DNA of 62,076 bases, filler included, from Hydrolagus affinis (lineage: Eukaryota): assembly GCA_012026655.1 (NCBI GenBank). It is 4 parts of 4 records of this genome, joined end to end, with 100 filler letters (N's around TTAATTAATTAA, not from the genome) between each part and the next. Parts side by side here need not be neighbours in the genome. Positions count along the whole stretch, not along the records: positions 48,048 to 62,076 come from JAAILG010019759.1; 3 more parts are not named here. One strand, given 5' to 3'. This document shows, piece after piece, positions 49,978 to 62,011 of this stretch (position 1 is its first letter; every line of letters begins with the position of its first letter). The position numbers and the translations under genes were made by a program. The notes under the pieces were generated by a model. The model was given only the letters and a program-made list of their open reading frames with translations. It made no database searches and had not been told where the DNA came from.

Positions 49978-51539
49978 CTTCTCAGCTCTACCTGAAGATG
50001 CCCAATGAACACTTGGAAGGCATTGATGGTGATTGTTTCCAGCCCCCACAGTGCTGTCATTCACGGCATCCAATGGGTAAAGTGCGGAACTTCCACGCGA
50101 TCATGAACAGTTTTCAATGTATATTTAGAAGTTGTTTAGTAGGCTACAACCAAAGGATTGTAGAATCTTAGCGAATAGTAGGAGGTCATATACAGACGGT
50201 TCATTGTAAACCGTAACAAGTCCCTGTGTGACAGAATATCTCAACGTCTCTTATGTTATTATGTTGTCGATTATATTCAATCTGTGAAATCAATTAAAAT
50301 GCTGTTAATGTTTAATATGTGTACGAAGTGTTGGATAGGATTAAGCAGTTTAGCAATTGACTGAAAATCATTATTCTGGAGCTAGGTGATGAGAGAACTC
50401 GTCTTACAAACGTGAGACCTCTGGTTTCGAATCCGGGCAGCTTAGGGCCAAATTTTGGACACGTTTTCATAGTCTACATGCCGAAAAATAATTCACCGAA
50501 ATTTCTCGAAATTCTGTTTCCAAAAGAACAAAGCAATTGAGAACGATGGACATCTGAATGAGCTACACATGATGCAATGTCAAGTATTTTCATTCCAACT
50601 TTCTGCCAAGTAGCAGCCAAACCTCTTTACTTTACATTATATTCTCTGTGAGACATTATAACTCACCCTCATCAAAGGTGAAACACAGCAGTATTTCCAT
50701 GTCAAGGTTACCCAATCCACGACTGTTGGTGGGGCACTGATGTGCGTAATTGTCAACCGAATTTCGCTCACAAATATACAGTCAATTCACTTCACAGTAT
50801 ATTCTGCGAAGCGCATTGGGACAAAGTCTAGAGTATGCGAAAAGCTCTATGTCAAATGCAAGGCTTACTATATTATCATTATTATTATCGATTTCATTCT
50901 GGGGCCTTATTGTCAGGCTTAGCATTGCACGTTGGGGCTACAATCAGTTACATATTCATCGTCGCCAAATTTACTGTAAATAAAGCTTTGCTTACAAATA
51001 ATCACAAGCAATGGTATGGTTTCCATCAACGTCGTTTAGTCAGTGATTGCAACGCAAAACTACATGAAACAGCTCCATTCACGTTGGGAGGATGTCCCGT
51101 GTCGCTGGACTGATTTGGGATTTGCGCTCGAATTGCTTTTTAGGATGAGGGAGGACTGGAATGCTTGGTGGGTGGAGGAGGGATAGTCACTGTAGAGCCG
51201 ATTGCAAACTAGGGCATTGATTAGGCATTAAATTAGGAAAGGGGCTTGAGCCTTCTTGTTCAACGTTATAGAACTTCATCCATATTTAGTTGCTTCCAAT
51301 GTCTCTGTCAGTCATCCTCAGCGCTCTTCACACACACATTGCGAAACCGGACACACAGTTCCCTCTGTTAGAATGTCGCTGCTCATTTCGTGTCATTCCA
51401 TGTGATCCATAAAATCCACCCGAACAGTCATGGAACGAGTGATCAACCCTTATTTCTGTGAGGGGGAATGCTAACCTAGAAAACTGATCCATCGATCGAT
51501 GTAGAACTGGTTTATTACTTGCTGCGAGAGAAACAAAGG

Positions 51540-51575
51540 CCGTGTGTGTTGTGTGTGTCTGTGTGTGTGTGTGTT

Positions 51576-51609
<34 letters not shown>

Positions 51610-51610
51610 G
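51540..51610. repeat. (GT)n microsatellite
   Basis: Direct observation. Confidence 0.9.
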
Positions 51611-51729
51611 AGTAAAGAGCCTTGATCAAGTTTTCACGTGACTTTATGCGAACCTTGGTCCTCAGGTTCGCCAGGCTAGTGCGGCACTCACTCTGTGTAA
51701 GTCAATAGCAACAACAATAACAATTTCGA

Positions 51730-52470
51730 TTTATCTAGCGCCCTCCAAGCTAGATGGCGTCTTAGAGCGCTTCAGTGTAACGGATCCCTGGTGGCAGCCA
51801 TAGACTGGGAGACAAGTGGGAGCGAAGGAACGGTCGAAAACCAACATCTTCAGCTGAGTCCTGAAACTAGGAATAGAGGGGAAGAGGCGAAGTGGGTGAG
51901 GAAGGAAATTCCAGAGCCTCGTGTCACAGTGGCACAAGGCACGGCCGCCGGTGGTGGAGCGGAGAATTTAGGGAACAAGGAAGTTACATGAACCGGAGGA
52001 GAAAAGGCAACGGGAGCTGGTTTGAGGAGAGAGGAGGACGGGGATGTAGGTGGGTGCAGAGGAGTGGAGAGATTTGAAAACAAGATTGAGGATCTTGAAT
52101 TCGATCCTCTTCGGGGCAGGGAGCCAGTGGATTCTGACAAGGACTGTGGTAATGGGAGAGCGAAGTTTGGTGCGGGTGAGAATGCGGGCGCCAGAGTATT
52201 GAATGAGTTGGATAATCTCATCGAATTTACAGCTCAATGTGCTTGACAGGAACGGCTTTGTCTCGGAAGCCGGGGTGGCTGAATAGAATTTTATTTTGAC
52301 ACCCTCAGTGAAATCAGTGGCGTTGAAGTGTCTAGAATTGGAAATATTGGAGAATTGGAGATATTAGGCATATTACGCAGAGATATTAGCCAAACATTCA
52401 TGGTGTGTTGTGGAGAGGAGTTCGGGGAGGTAGGGTGTTGCAGAAGCTTGGAGTTAGTTAAAACAAAGGA
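51730..52470 (-). mobile_element. L2-like LINE 3' fragment
   Basis: ORF 51968-52237(-): IQLIQYSGARILTRTK..PITTVLVRIHWLPAPKRIEFKIL. Confidence 0.8.
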
Positions 52471-52600
52471 GTGTGTGTTTCTGTGTGTTTATGTGTATGC
52501 TGAGTAAGGAACCTAGCTTAAGTTTTCATATGGCTCGGTCCGAACCTGAGTCCACAAGTTTGCGTCGACAGTGCTGAACCCGCTCTGAGTAGTTGAATCA

Positions 52601-52925
52601 TAATAATAATAATAATCCTGGCATTTGATATAACGCTTTTCACATCTTATCGACTGTGTCTCAAAGCGCTTCACAGAAGATACTGTAAAGTGATTTGACT
52701 GTATAATTGTGGGCGAAACGTGGCAGCAAGTTGCGCACAGCAGTGTCCGCACAAACATTCGTGGATTGAAATGACGAATTTTATTATTGTGTTTTTTTTT
52801 CGACGGATTATTGTTTGTCGTGTGTATATAATAAGGAAACGTGCCTCAGGTTTCGCCCTGACCTTCCAGGATTCGAACGAAGGTCGCACGCTTTTAAGGC
52901 AAGTTCTCTAACCACTGAGCTACAG
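52601..52925 (-). mobile_element. Near full-length tRNA-derived SINE
   Basis: Same family as 37830-38145. Confidence 0.75.
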
Positions 52926-54327
52926 TACTCATTATATTACCAGCGATGCTTTTTTTTTAAGGTTTAATGTCGTGCAAAAATATACCTGCCAATCCACTGA
53001 AGATGTTTCAGTTGAAAAAAATTATTATTATTATTAATGATTTGGATTTGGGTTAAGGTAGTGCGGATTCCAAATTTGTGGAAATTGTGATTCGCGGTCA
53101 AAAATTTAACATAGTTTCGAAACGAAGCAGAGGAGAGCTGAGGATGATTTTTTTTCACTCAGCGGGGTGCTAGTATTTGGAATGCATTGCCTGAAAATGT
53201 GGTGGAGGCACATAACAGCTTTTAAAAACTAGCTCTTTATTTATGGAGAACAGGTCTGTTAGGTTATGGGGGAGAGCTGGGCATTGGGATTGAGTTCGTC
53301 TGTTCAAAAAGCTAGCACAGACTACATGGGCCGAATGGCCTCCTTTTGCTCCGTATAATTCTATGATTCTACGATTCTACGATTATTACCTCCTGGTTTC
53401 AGCTCAGAGATCAAGCAGCCGCATGCCTGTTTACTGTTGGTAAACCAGCCTAAATTTGCGCCCTGCCCGGGAATCGAACCAAAATTTTATCGCTTGACTC
53501 ATAGAAATGGAGCTGACAAACAGCAGCAACACTGAGATAGCTCACCATCGACCTCACATGCCGTATAGTTTCCCAGCACAAGACACGCAGCAAAAAGCCC
53601 CATTTGTTGGTCTGCAGCCTGTGTGGTTGTGTCTCAAACATGAGTTTGCTGATATCCCACCGTGATTGTGCGTCTTTGGCGGAGTCCACAGTCTCACGTC
53701 ACCTGATTGACAACAAAGACGGGTTTCAAACACAACAACCTATGGCTTTTAAACAGAATCCTATCACCAGTCAGGGGGGTGGAGTCATTCATCCTTCTCG
53801 GCTCCTGTTAACTCACCAAGCCAAAGCGTTAATTGTTAGAAAGATAACACTAATCATGTGATAACACTACTGTCAACACATGTAGCGTTACTGCGTCTGA
53901 AAGCGCTTCACATTTTATTATTTGGGCCTGAAAATAATCCCTCAAGTAAAAAAAAGGAAATCATAATAAATTTGTCAATTCAATCCACGTTTGTATGTGG
54001 GACAATGCTATCTGCAATTGGCTGCTGCGTTTTGCGTTAGAAAAAAAACTGGAGCCAGCTCACTTGTCAGTACACTCTGTGAAGCTGTTTGAGTCGCCTT
54101 GAAGACGTCTATAACAATTACCATGGTGCTTCCGACTGTGCGCCGGCTAAACAGAGTTATTTGTGTGTAAAGAAAGGACAAATGCAACTTTATCGCTCCA
54201 ACCTATCCACAGGACACCCCAGCTTGTGAACACCACCCAGTTAGCACTGCTTGTTGCTTGTCTAACGACATCAGTTTTGTGGAAAGCGACAAGAAAGCGA
54301 GTGAGAGGAAGTCACGATTGTCTGCTG

Positions 54328-54635
54328 GGTTTCTGTACAGTGTATCAGCCCTCCTGTAAGAGTGTGGACTCCAGGGCACAGTAGTACACGGCGCCGTGCT
54401 CCACAACAGCCCTGAGCGTCTGCTAGTTAATGACTTGATTCTCCTTGTTCATCGCGACAGTGAGACGGTCAGGAACACCAGGAGCTTGGACTTCAGTTCC
54501 AGAGGTATAGATCTTCAGCAAGTACTGAAGAGCTCCACCAGGATATTGCCTGTACCAGTAGACAGTGTACAATCCTGAAACACTGCAGGTTAATCTCACG
54601 TCCTGTCCCTCAAATACAGCCACCTCGGGAGGCTG
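54328..54635 (-). pseudogene. TRAV/TRDV: TCR alpha/delta-type V pseudogene with 23-RSS
   Basis: QPPEVAVFEGQDVRLTCSVSGLYTVYWYRQYP..DRLTVAMNKENQVIN*QTLRAVVEHGAVYYCALES; in-frame stop, no leader or in-phase acceptor; RSS cacactc-23-acagaaacc (54328-54366). Confidence 0.85.
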
Positions 54636-54849
54636 CTTATTAGGGAGAAATAACATAAAATAGAAAAGAAAATGGCATGGAAATTGCTTCTTCATCAATA
54701 TTAATCATTGGTGAGACAAACGGTTGTACATCTAAGCTGAAGCTGCAAAAGGTTATATGAGGGAATCTATGCCAACTGTAACAGGAAACACCTGTTGTAG
54801 TGCAATGTTCATTAGTTACAGAAGTAACTTGATTTCATGTGACATTAGT

Positions 54850-54863
54850 GCACCACCTACTGG
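54850..54863 (-). promoter_or_regulatory. Candidate CTCF-binding element upstream of a V segment
   Basis: Minus strand CCAGTAGGTGGTGC; homologous in position to 61998-62011. Confidence 0.5.
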
Positions 54864-55903
54864 AGAGTAGCTGCAACAGCACGTGTACAATTGGAGACAT
54901 GTGATCGCAATTTGGTTTGCTGCCTGCCTTTACTTCCCTGTTCCTGTCTCCTCCATTGGAAATTTTATACACTCGTCTCATTTCCCTGCATATACCTCAG
55001 GTTGGAGGGAAATTGGTCTCCATTCCAATTCCAACTGCTGTGCGTTTCGCCCACAAAATACACAGTCAATTCACTTTACATTGTATTCTGCGAAGCGCTT
55101 TCAGGCGTCTAGAAGACGGAAAATGCGATATATCAAATTCGAGGACTACTATCGTTATTATTTACATTCCCTGACGTGTATCTGCTTATATATGATCCCC
55201 CAATGTAATTTATTTCTCTGCACTTTCCCATTATCCTTTGCTGTCAATAATAATTGGCTCCGAAAATGTGTAAATTTCTGGTTCAATCCTTCCGCCTTGC
55301 CCCCATTTACACCGGACACATCATGTGGCCTACTGTAGTTCAGTGGTTAGAACGCTTGCATTAAAAGCTTGAGCCCTTTGTTTCGAATCCAGGTAGTACA
55401 GGACGAAACCTTCGGGACATTTTCTTACTCCACATGCGTACTAATGATCCGTCACCAAATTCCTATTTCAGCAAGACTATATTAAGCTATTTAATTCAAA
55501 ATAATATATATTTAACAAAACTAAATCCTTACATTTGACAATACGCTATATCACATCTTCGAGATGCATCAAAGCAATCTACAGTATGTATATTAAGCGA
55601 TTTAACTGCGTATATTGTGGGCGAAGCACTGCAGCTGTTTGCTCGCATCAGTCATCCATTGGAAAGAATGTTGAATTTATTATTGGTGGTAGTTGTAGTA
55701 TTATTTCGAAGGAAGTTATACCCCTGGAAAAAAGATTCACCGATCAACTATCGACGGTTTCCTAATTTTTGCGCAGAAAACCGATTCCAGTGTGTGGATT
55801 CAGCAATTTTGCTCAACATTTCGCATTGTCGGGAATCGAACCCATTTGGATCTCATTAGTGAGGCGAGTGCTTTCTCTGCAGAGTTACAGGACTCCACAT
55901 GGT

Positions 55904-56627
55904 AGTTTTTGTAGGGCGGTAGCGCTGATCTGTGTCTCTGTGGGGCTCAGTGCACAGTAATACACCGCCGAGTCTGTTACTCTCACTTGGGATATATTTA
56001 GTGGAACGGTTCGCCTCGCTTTATCCAAATTTGTTGAGAAACGTTCTTTTGCAAATTCTTCACGATTCACTTTGTTGGTGCTGGTGTATACCATCAGGAT
56101 ATATTCTGGAGCTGCGTTTGGATAGTGACGGTACCAGAATATATATGGAGTGCTGTCGCTTGTAGCTGTATAATTACACAGCAGATAGGCATATTCTCCT
56201 TCATTCACTGTCACAGTAGATTGGAGCTGTGTCACAGAGTCTCCTCCACACAGCCCTGCAAAACAGAAACGCATAGTCATTCAATACAGCAACAACAATT
56301 CTAATCAACCTCTTTTGCTTCATACGGCTCCTTATCAAGTTGTTGATACGTCTCCAAATTCAAAGAATGCAATTTACAAAAGAAAAGTTTCACGTAAATG
56401 TTGACAAACTGGACAAACATGTCGCCATATCCTGTCAGGGTATTCAACAAAAATCCCTATGAACACTGAGCCAATGGACACCACATCTCTAACATCTCTT
56501 GTTGGAGTATTAGCTATCTTATGCAATAAAACTTTGGCGTTGGATAATACATTCGGTACAAAATATTTATAGAATGCTTACCTGACAATGTAACGATGGC
56601 TGCTGCCACATAGATATACATTGCCAT
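55904..56627 (-). CDS. TRAV/TRDV: TCR alpha/delta-type V segment, functional (leader 56582-56627, V exon 55943-56255, 23-RSS 55904-55942)
   Basis: Leader MAMYIYVAAAIVTLS; V exon GDSVTQLQSTVTVNEG..LLCNY..FWYRHYP..ERFST..DSAVYYCALSP; RSS cacagag-23-acaaaaact. Confidence 0.92.
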
Positions 56628-57369
56628 ATGTACTAAACGGCAGTTAACTGCGTGCAGTTGATAGTGTAGTTCGAGTAAGTTGTATGGGAGGCAGTAAGAT
56701 ACCGTGAGGAATTCTGAACAATGAATGACATACAGAAGTTGCCATACACTGTCAGGGAGCAGGTCTGAAGTTTATGTATAACCACGTTTGTGTATGCCAT
56801 TGAGTGTCATTTGCTGTACTCTGCCATCTCGCTGATCCATTGTTTCTCCTCCAACACTGACATGTCTTTCTTCAACCAGGTGTCTGAAACTTGCAGCAAG
56901 TTACACCCAAAATCCAATTTCAATTCGTCCAAAAACATACACAATATTCACTTATATGTACCATCTGTGGATTCCTATATCTTAATGTTATCAACACTCT
57001 CATCACTAACAAGAAGAACAACAACTTGGATTTATGTAGCGCCCTCCACGCCGGACGGAGTCTCAGATCGCTTCATGTTGCCTCACAAGCAACGTGCCTG
57101 TGCTTGAGCACAGGTAGGGCGAAATGTTGGATAAGTTTCCTCACTCTACCCACCCAATTGTGTTTACCCATTAAGAAGCAGTACTTCTTTTATACATCAA
57201 ACTATCTGGTTGGTTTCCAGTGTAAATTATCCCTTATAGAATATGTAATTGAATCCATCACTGTTTGTTTGACATTGCTGTGCACACTTGGCTGCCTGGT
57301 TTCGCCTGCAAATCGCCGAGTCAATCCATTTTACAGTATAGTCTATCAGGCGATTAGTGACGTCACAAG

Positions 57370-57630
57370 GCAGGCCGAGGAGTTCAATGGAAGCCACTGA
57401 GTATATACACAGGGCTAGACAATGGCCTGATGTGTGTTGGCTTCACATTCCCTGGGGCAGCTGTCAAGTGGGTAACTAGGTGAAACCAGCCATTGAGAGG
57501 GTTTCAAAGCCAAAGAGGAGGAGCCACGTGGCGTCAGCATTTTCTCAGATGTCTCTGCCACAGTGGTATGAACGTTTTCTTCCTGCCCCGTTTCCGCTCC
57601 AGGCTTCTGGGTTACAGCAGTTTGGGCAAT
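57370..57630 (-). pseudogene. Possible highly degenerate V segment
   Basis: QTAVTQKPGAETGQEENV, then after a frameshift HCGRDI*ENADATW gives a C..W spacing like a V domain; multiple stops and no clear RSS. Confidence 0.3.
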
Positions 57631-58257
57631 AAACACACATTTTTCTATCACAATTCATACCTACAAGATACGTGCTATGTAGTTTATTTCGCTGTACTCG
57701 GCTTCATATATTGCCATTTGTATTTTTAAACCGTCTGTCTGAAACGTTGGGAAACTCATCCAAATACTTGTATTTTGGAGTATCTACATCAAACTGTGCT
57801 GCACTAATCCTTCGTTTATATAAAATACCGTATCATGTCTTCAAGGCGTCTCTAAGCGCTTCACGCGATACAATGCAAAGCGTAGCAATAGTGTATTTTG
57901 TGGCAGAGAACTACACACAGCATCGTCTCCCGAAAAATGATGGATCGAGGCAACAATTTTTGTTTCATGGATTATTACACGCTGGAAGGCTCTCCACCAA
58001 ATGACTGTCACCCGGGATCAACCTTACTGATCGGCAGAGAAAGGTTAATCATAATAATAATAATTGCATTTGGTATAACACTTTATGAAGTCTATGAGAC
58101 ATTGCAAATCGCTTAATTTGTCGTACAGTAGTGGAGGTAACTGTATATATTACCGGCTGTATGTGACAGCTAATCGCACACAGCAGTGTTCCACAAACGC
58201 TCATGGATCGAAAAGGCGAGTGGTATATCCAGTGAGCTACAGTAACATACAGCAGCA

Positions 58258-58751
58258 GGTTTGTGTACAGGCTCCTCTTAGACATGCAGCACTGTGCTCT
58301 CTGCTGCACAGAAATAAGTGGCGGTGTCTGTCACCCTCACGGCTCTGATTGTCAGTGAGCTGTTCTTCTCTTTTGTATCAGCCAAAGCACTTATCCTCTC
58401 CTCCACCTCTACCTCTGTTTTTCCCAACACCAATAGCTCTATGGAGCCGTTTCCATACTGTTTGTAACATTGGAAGTAAGGGTCCTGTATAGTGGTTCTG
58501 CACTCCAGAGATACATTTCCATTTTCATTTTCTGTCAGTGCCTGAGTACTCTGTGATACTTCACTATCAGCCAAGGCACCTGGGGAATACAAATGATAAT
58601 TCTTGGAAAGAAATACGGAAAATTTCTGCAAATAAACTTATCATTAGTTACTAGGGTAACAATAATCGTTTTGTCCAAACTCTCTCTACTTACAGAAGAG
58701 CGAAATAATGAAATTAAAAATAATACACTTTGCTTGGTATCTTGGTTTCAT
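58258..58751 (-). CDS. TRAV/TRDV: TCR alpha/delta-type V segment, open frame but conserved Trp replaced by Cys (leader 58694-58751, V exon 58297-58579, 23-RSS 58258-58296)
   Basis: Leader MKPRYQAKCIIFNFIISLF; V exon DSEVSQSTQ..SLECRTT..YFQCYKQY..DTATYFCAAES; RSS cacagtg-23-acacaaacc. Confidence 0.85.
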
Positions 58752-60061
58752 TCTCAATCCTCGTAGATTCAAGTTAGAATCTCCGGGTGAAATGCAATTA
58801 GACACCAGGTAACTGTTGATAAACGTTGACGAATGTTTGTCGAGTACTGATAACTGTGTAGGGTATAACTATACTCTCGGTGACGCCTCCACTGACGTCT
58901 CATATCCTGTATGTTCTGTGACATTCATTACCCAATCGGCGACGAACAGAGTTCATTTATCCCACAAGATAGGAAGTTACTGCACTTTTCAGTATATTCA
59001 TTCACTCACTTTGAATCACGTGAATGAAATAATCTGGAATTCAGTCAAATACAGCTGTTACTGTTATTAACATAATTATTATAAGTTTCTAAGGGAATGC
59101 ACTATCGGAAGAAATATGCCTTCAAGCAGTTATTTAGGTTTAACATTCTTTTGCATACATCCTTATCAAATCAATTCATGGAAGATTCCTGTAGGTTCAC
59201 ACAGGGATTTCTCTCGAGGGCAGAGATTCTGTGTTTGGCAACGTCATCGGCTAATTTATTTAAAACAATGTTCCCTCAATCATCTGTGAAGTGAGCAAAC
59301 AATTGTGCTGATGGAATGTTTGCCCAGTCACCAGGGGAAATCCTGGTATTGCTCTTGCATGGACATGGGATCATTACCGACACTTGTTACATACCAACTG
59401 GACCTCTGTTTGATGGTCCAACAGAAAGGCAACTTTTCTGACATTTCCAGACATCCCCGCAGAGCTGTACTGTAGTGTGAGCCCAGTACATCCGTCAAGA
59501 ATCTAATATATCATAAACTTTTAAGTGTATTACGTGGAAGTTAGAAGTTTGATTGTTATTATATGGTACTCCAAAAATAATTTTAAAAATATCTTTGGAT
59601 TTGATAAAGCGACATTTTTCGCATGTCTCGTAGGGTTTCACAGAATCTACTGTAATGGGTCTTGAGAGTGTGTATCTTGGTGGAAGAAACACTGGCAGGC
59701 CAATGAGCAAAGCAGTGTCCTACAAATTTACGTGGATAGAGTAATTGCAATTATATTATTATGTTTATTTAACGGATTATAAACCCAGGGAAAGCGATCC
59801 ACCCATGGACTAACAGGAAGATTCTAAGCAAATGGTAAGTAAAGATGTATGTTCTTGCAGAATGTGGAGAACTGCCTAAGGATTCCCAACGCTTGGCATT
59901 GAAACTGAGGTCCACTCGAGAGCAAGGCGAGTACTCCAACCTCTGCACTGCACTCCACAGCCTCTGTCCACCGCCCTCCGTTTTATAATAGTGTAGCCAC
60001 CTCAGTGTGTTGGCAGCAAGAAGTTGAATGTGTGAGAGTAAGTCATCACGATTGTCTGCTG

Positions 60062-60976
60062 AGTTTTTGTACATTGTGTTTGGCCTCCTGTCACAGTGTG
60101 GGCTGCAGGGCACAGTAATACACGACGCCGTCACACACAACAGCCCTGAGTATTTGCAAGGTAAATACTTTATTCTCCTTGTCCAGCTTGGCAGTGAAGC
60201 GGTCAGGAATACCAGGAGCATTGTCTTCAATTCCCGAGCTAAATATCATAAGCAGGTACAGAAGTTCTCCAGCGCGATATTGCCTGTACCAGCAGGCGGT
60301 GTTTTTTGTGGAATAATTGCAGTTTATTCTCGCGTCTTGCCCTTCAAATTCATTAATCTCAGGAGGATATTGGAATATTACATCTTTCCCGGTAACTTCT
60401 GCACTAATCAAACAACGTAATTTTCACAAGACAAAATTAAATTTGGTACTGGAATTTGTTACAATGATAATTGTGTTAGTTTTGAGATTTTCCACAACAA
60501 TCAGAGGTTAGAAAAATTATGCATACAAAACACCCACAGAATACAGCATCAAATAAATTGTCTCCATACTTTGTAGGCAAAACGCGGCAGCCAATTGTAC
60601 ACAGCGGTGTCACACACAGAGTCATAGAGTGAGAGCTCAAATTAATGTTATTGTAAGTAATTTTTTGGTGGGAATGATAATGTCTGGAAAGTGATCCGCT
60701 TACTAATTACTGCTAGACTCACAAAGGCGTGTGTATGGTGTAAAGCGACTTGTCCAACAATTAGCCCTGTCGTGAGTCAAAATAAGGTATTCTCTTTTTC
60801 AATGGTAGTCCTCTAACTACTACTCTACCGAAATCATAGAATCAAAATCATAATACTTATATTAGATATAGTGCTTTTCACATTTTGCAATACCAAATCA
60901 CATGCACTAGGCATGTCCACGCATACTTACTGGCTATGGTGAGGATTGCTATCAGTAACTGACAGTGACCTGTTAT
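60062..60976 (-). pseudogene. TRAV/TRDV: TCR alpha/delta-type V segment with open V exon (60101-60398) and 23-RSS, but candidate leader (60931-60976) starts ATA rather than ATG
   Basis: V exon KDVIFQYPPE..RINCNYS..ACWYRQYRAG..DRFTAKLDK..DGVVYYCALQP; RSS cacactg-23-acaaaaact (60062-60100); leader-like ITGHCQLLIAILTIA with gtaagt donor and no in-frame ATG. Confidence 0.75.
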
Positions 60977-61997
60977 GCTGCCTGCTGAGGTGAGGGCAGA
61001 TATTGGAATCTCTTCCTGTTTATTTGTCTGTTCGACTGCTTCAGTTACAAGTAGTGAGGCAGCGGCTGATGTGATGTGTGCAGGCAATATTCAATAATAT
61101 TGTAGGCGTTTCATACTAATCAGTGTATCTTTGCCTTAATCAGCTGATGATTGGCTACAAGTGATCAGCTCTATAATGGAAGGAATAGGGGTATGTTTGA
61201 TGCACAAACAAAGGTTTACTTCCTGTAATCAAGTTGACAAACTGCCTGTGTTGCCGGTAGTGCACCTAATCAGTCGGGAGGGTTTTGGTTCAAGGTTCAA
61301 GACTGTACATTGAGTTGATGGTCTGGACTCAAATTCTAATTCCTGACTGTGTAATGGGTATATTATCAAGAAAACTTAAATTGAGCCACAATTCGTGAAT
61401 ATTTCTGTGCGACTCACTGTGTTCCAATTGCCCATTGTATTTGTCTTCAAAGTGCATACATTTACTTTTTAATTATTCATACTGAACGCGTTATTTGCAA
61501 CTCCTACATGAATGCATTTTGTACAAGGCAGGGACTCTTATAACTTTTATCGCTTTGCAGTCCTGTTTGGAACTGCATCCAAGGCAGGAGGGCCCAAACT
61601 AAGAAATAGCTTTACTTCTGCAACTTAAAATTAAACAGATATATGTTATTCTCCTTTCCCCAATTAATCAAAGAAAGTGCCCATATAGCCTTTGAGAAAA
61701 CCTAACTTGTTGAAGACCAGAGCGAGAGATACTCAATGGAGGCTGACTATTTTGGGGAAAGACAATAAGATTGAAAACGTGTTACACCAATTAATTCTGG
61801 AACAACAATAACATGATTCATATTTAAGCAAACAAAAATTGGCACTTTTCAGCTGCAAGAGGCCATAGTGTGTATGAAGCTCCAACATCAACTGTAACAG
61901 GAAGAACCTGCTATAGCTCACAAGGAAGTTAGCTACAGAAAGGAATGAGGCAAGTTATATCAGTTGCAGTTCATGTTAGATACTGTATGTGCTTAGT

Positions 61998-62011
61998 GCG
62001 CCATCTGCTGG
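61998..62011 (-). promoter_or_regulatory. Candidate CTCF-binding element upstream of a V segment
   Basis: Minus strand CCACCAGCAGATGGCGCAC, a near-perfect CTCF consensus. Confidence 0.65.

Noticed and set aside
49525-50073. 182-aa ORF with poly-Ile/Met tract
   Set aside because: Chance read-through of a V leader exon, an (ATC)n microsatellite and a SINE.
57356-57365. Perfect AGTGACGTCA decamer as a TCR V promoter CRE
   Set aside because: It lies more than 700 bp from the nearest leader and at the edge of a SINE and a degenerate V-like relic, so it cannot be assigned to a V promoter.
59290-60030. Additional V pseudogenes
   Set aside because: Only isolated W/C motifs; no convincing framework pattern or RSS.
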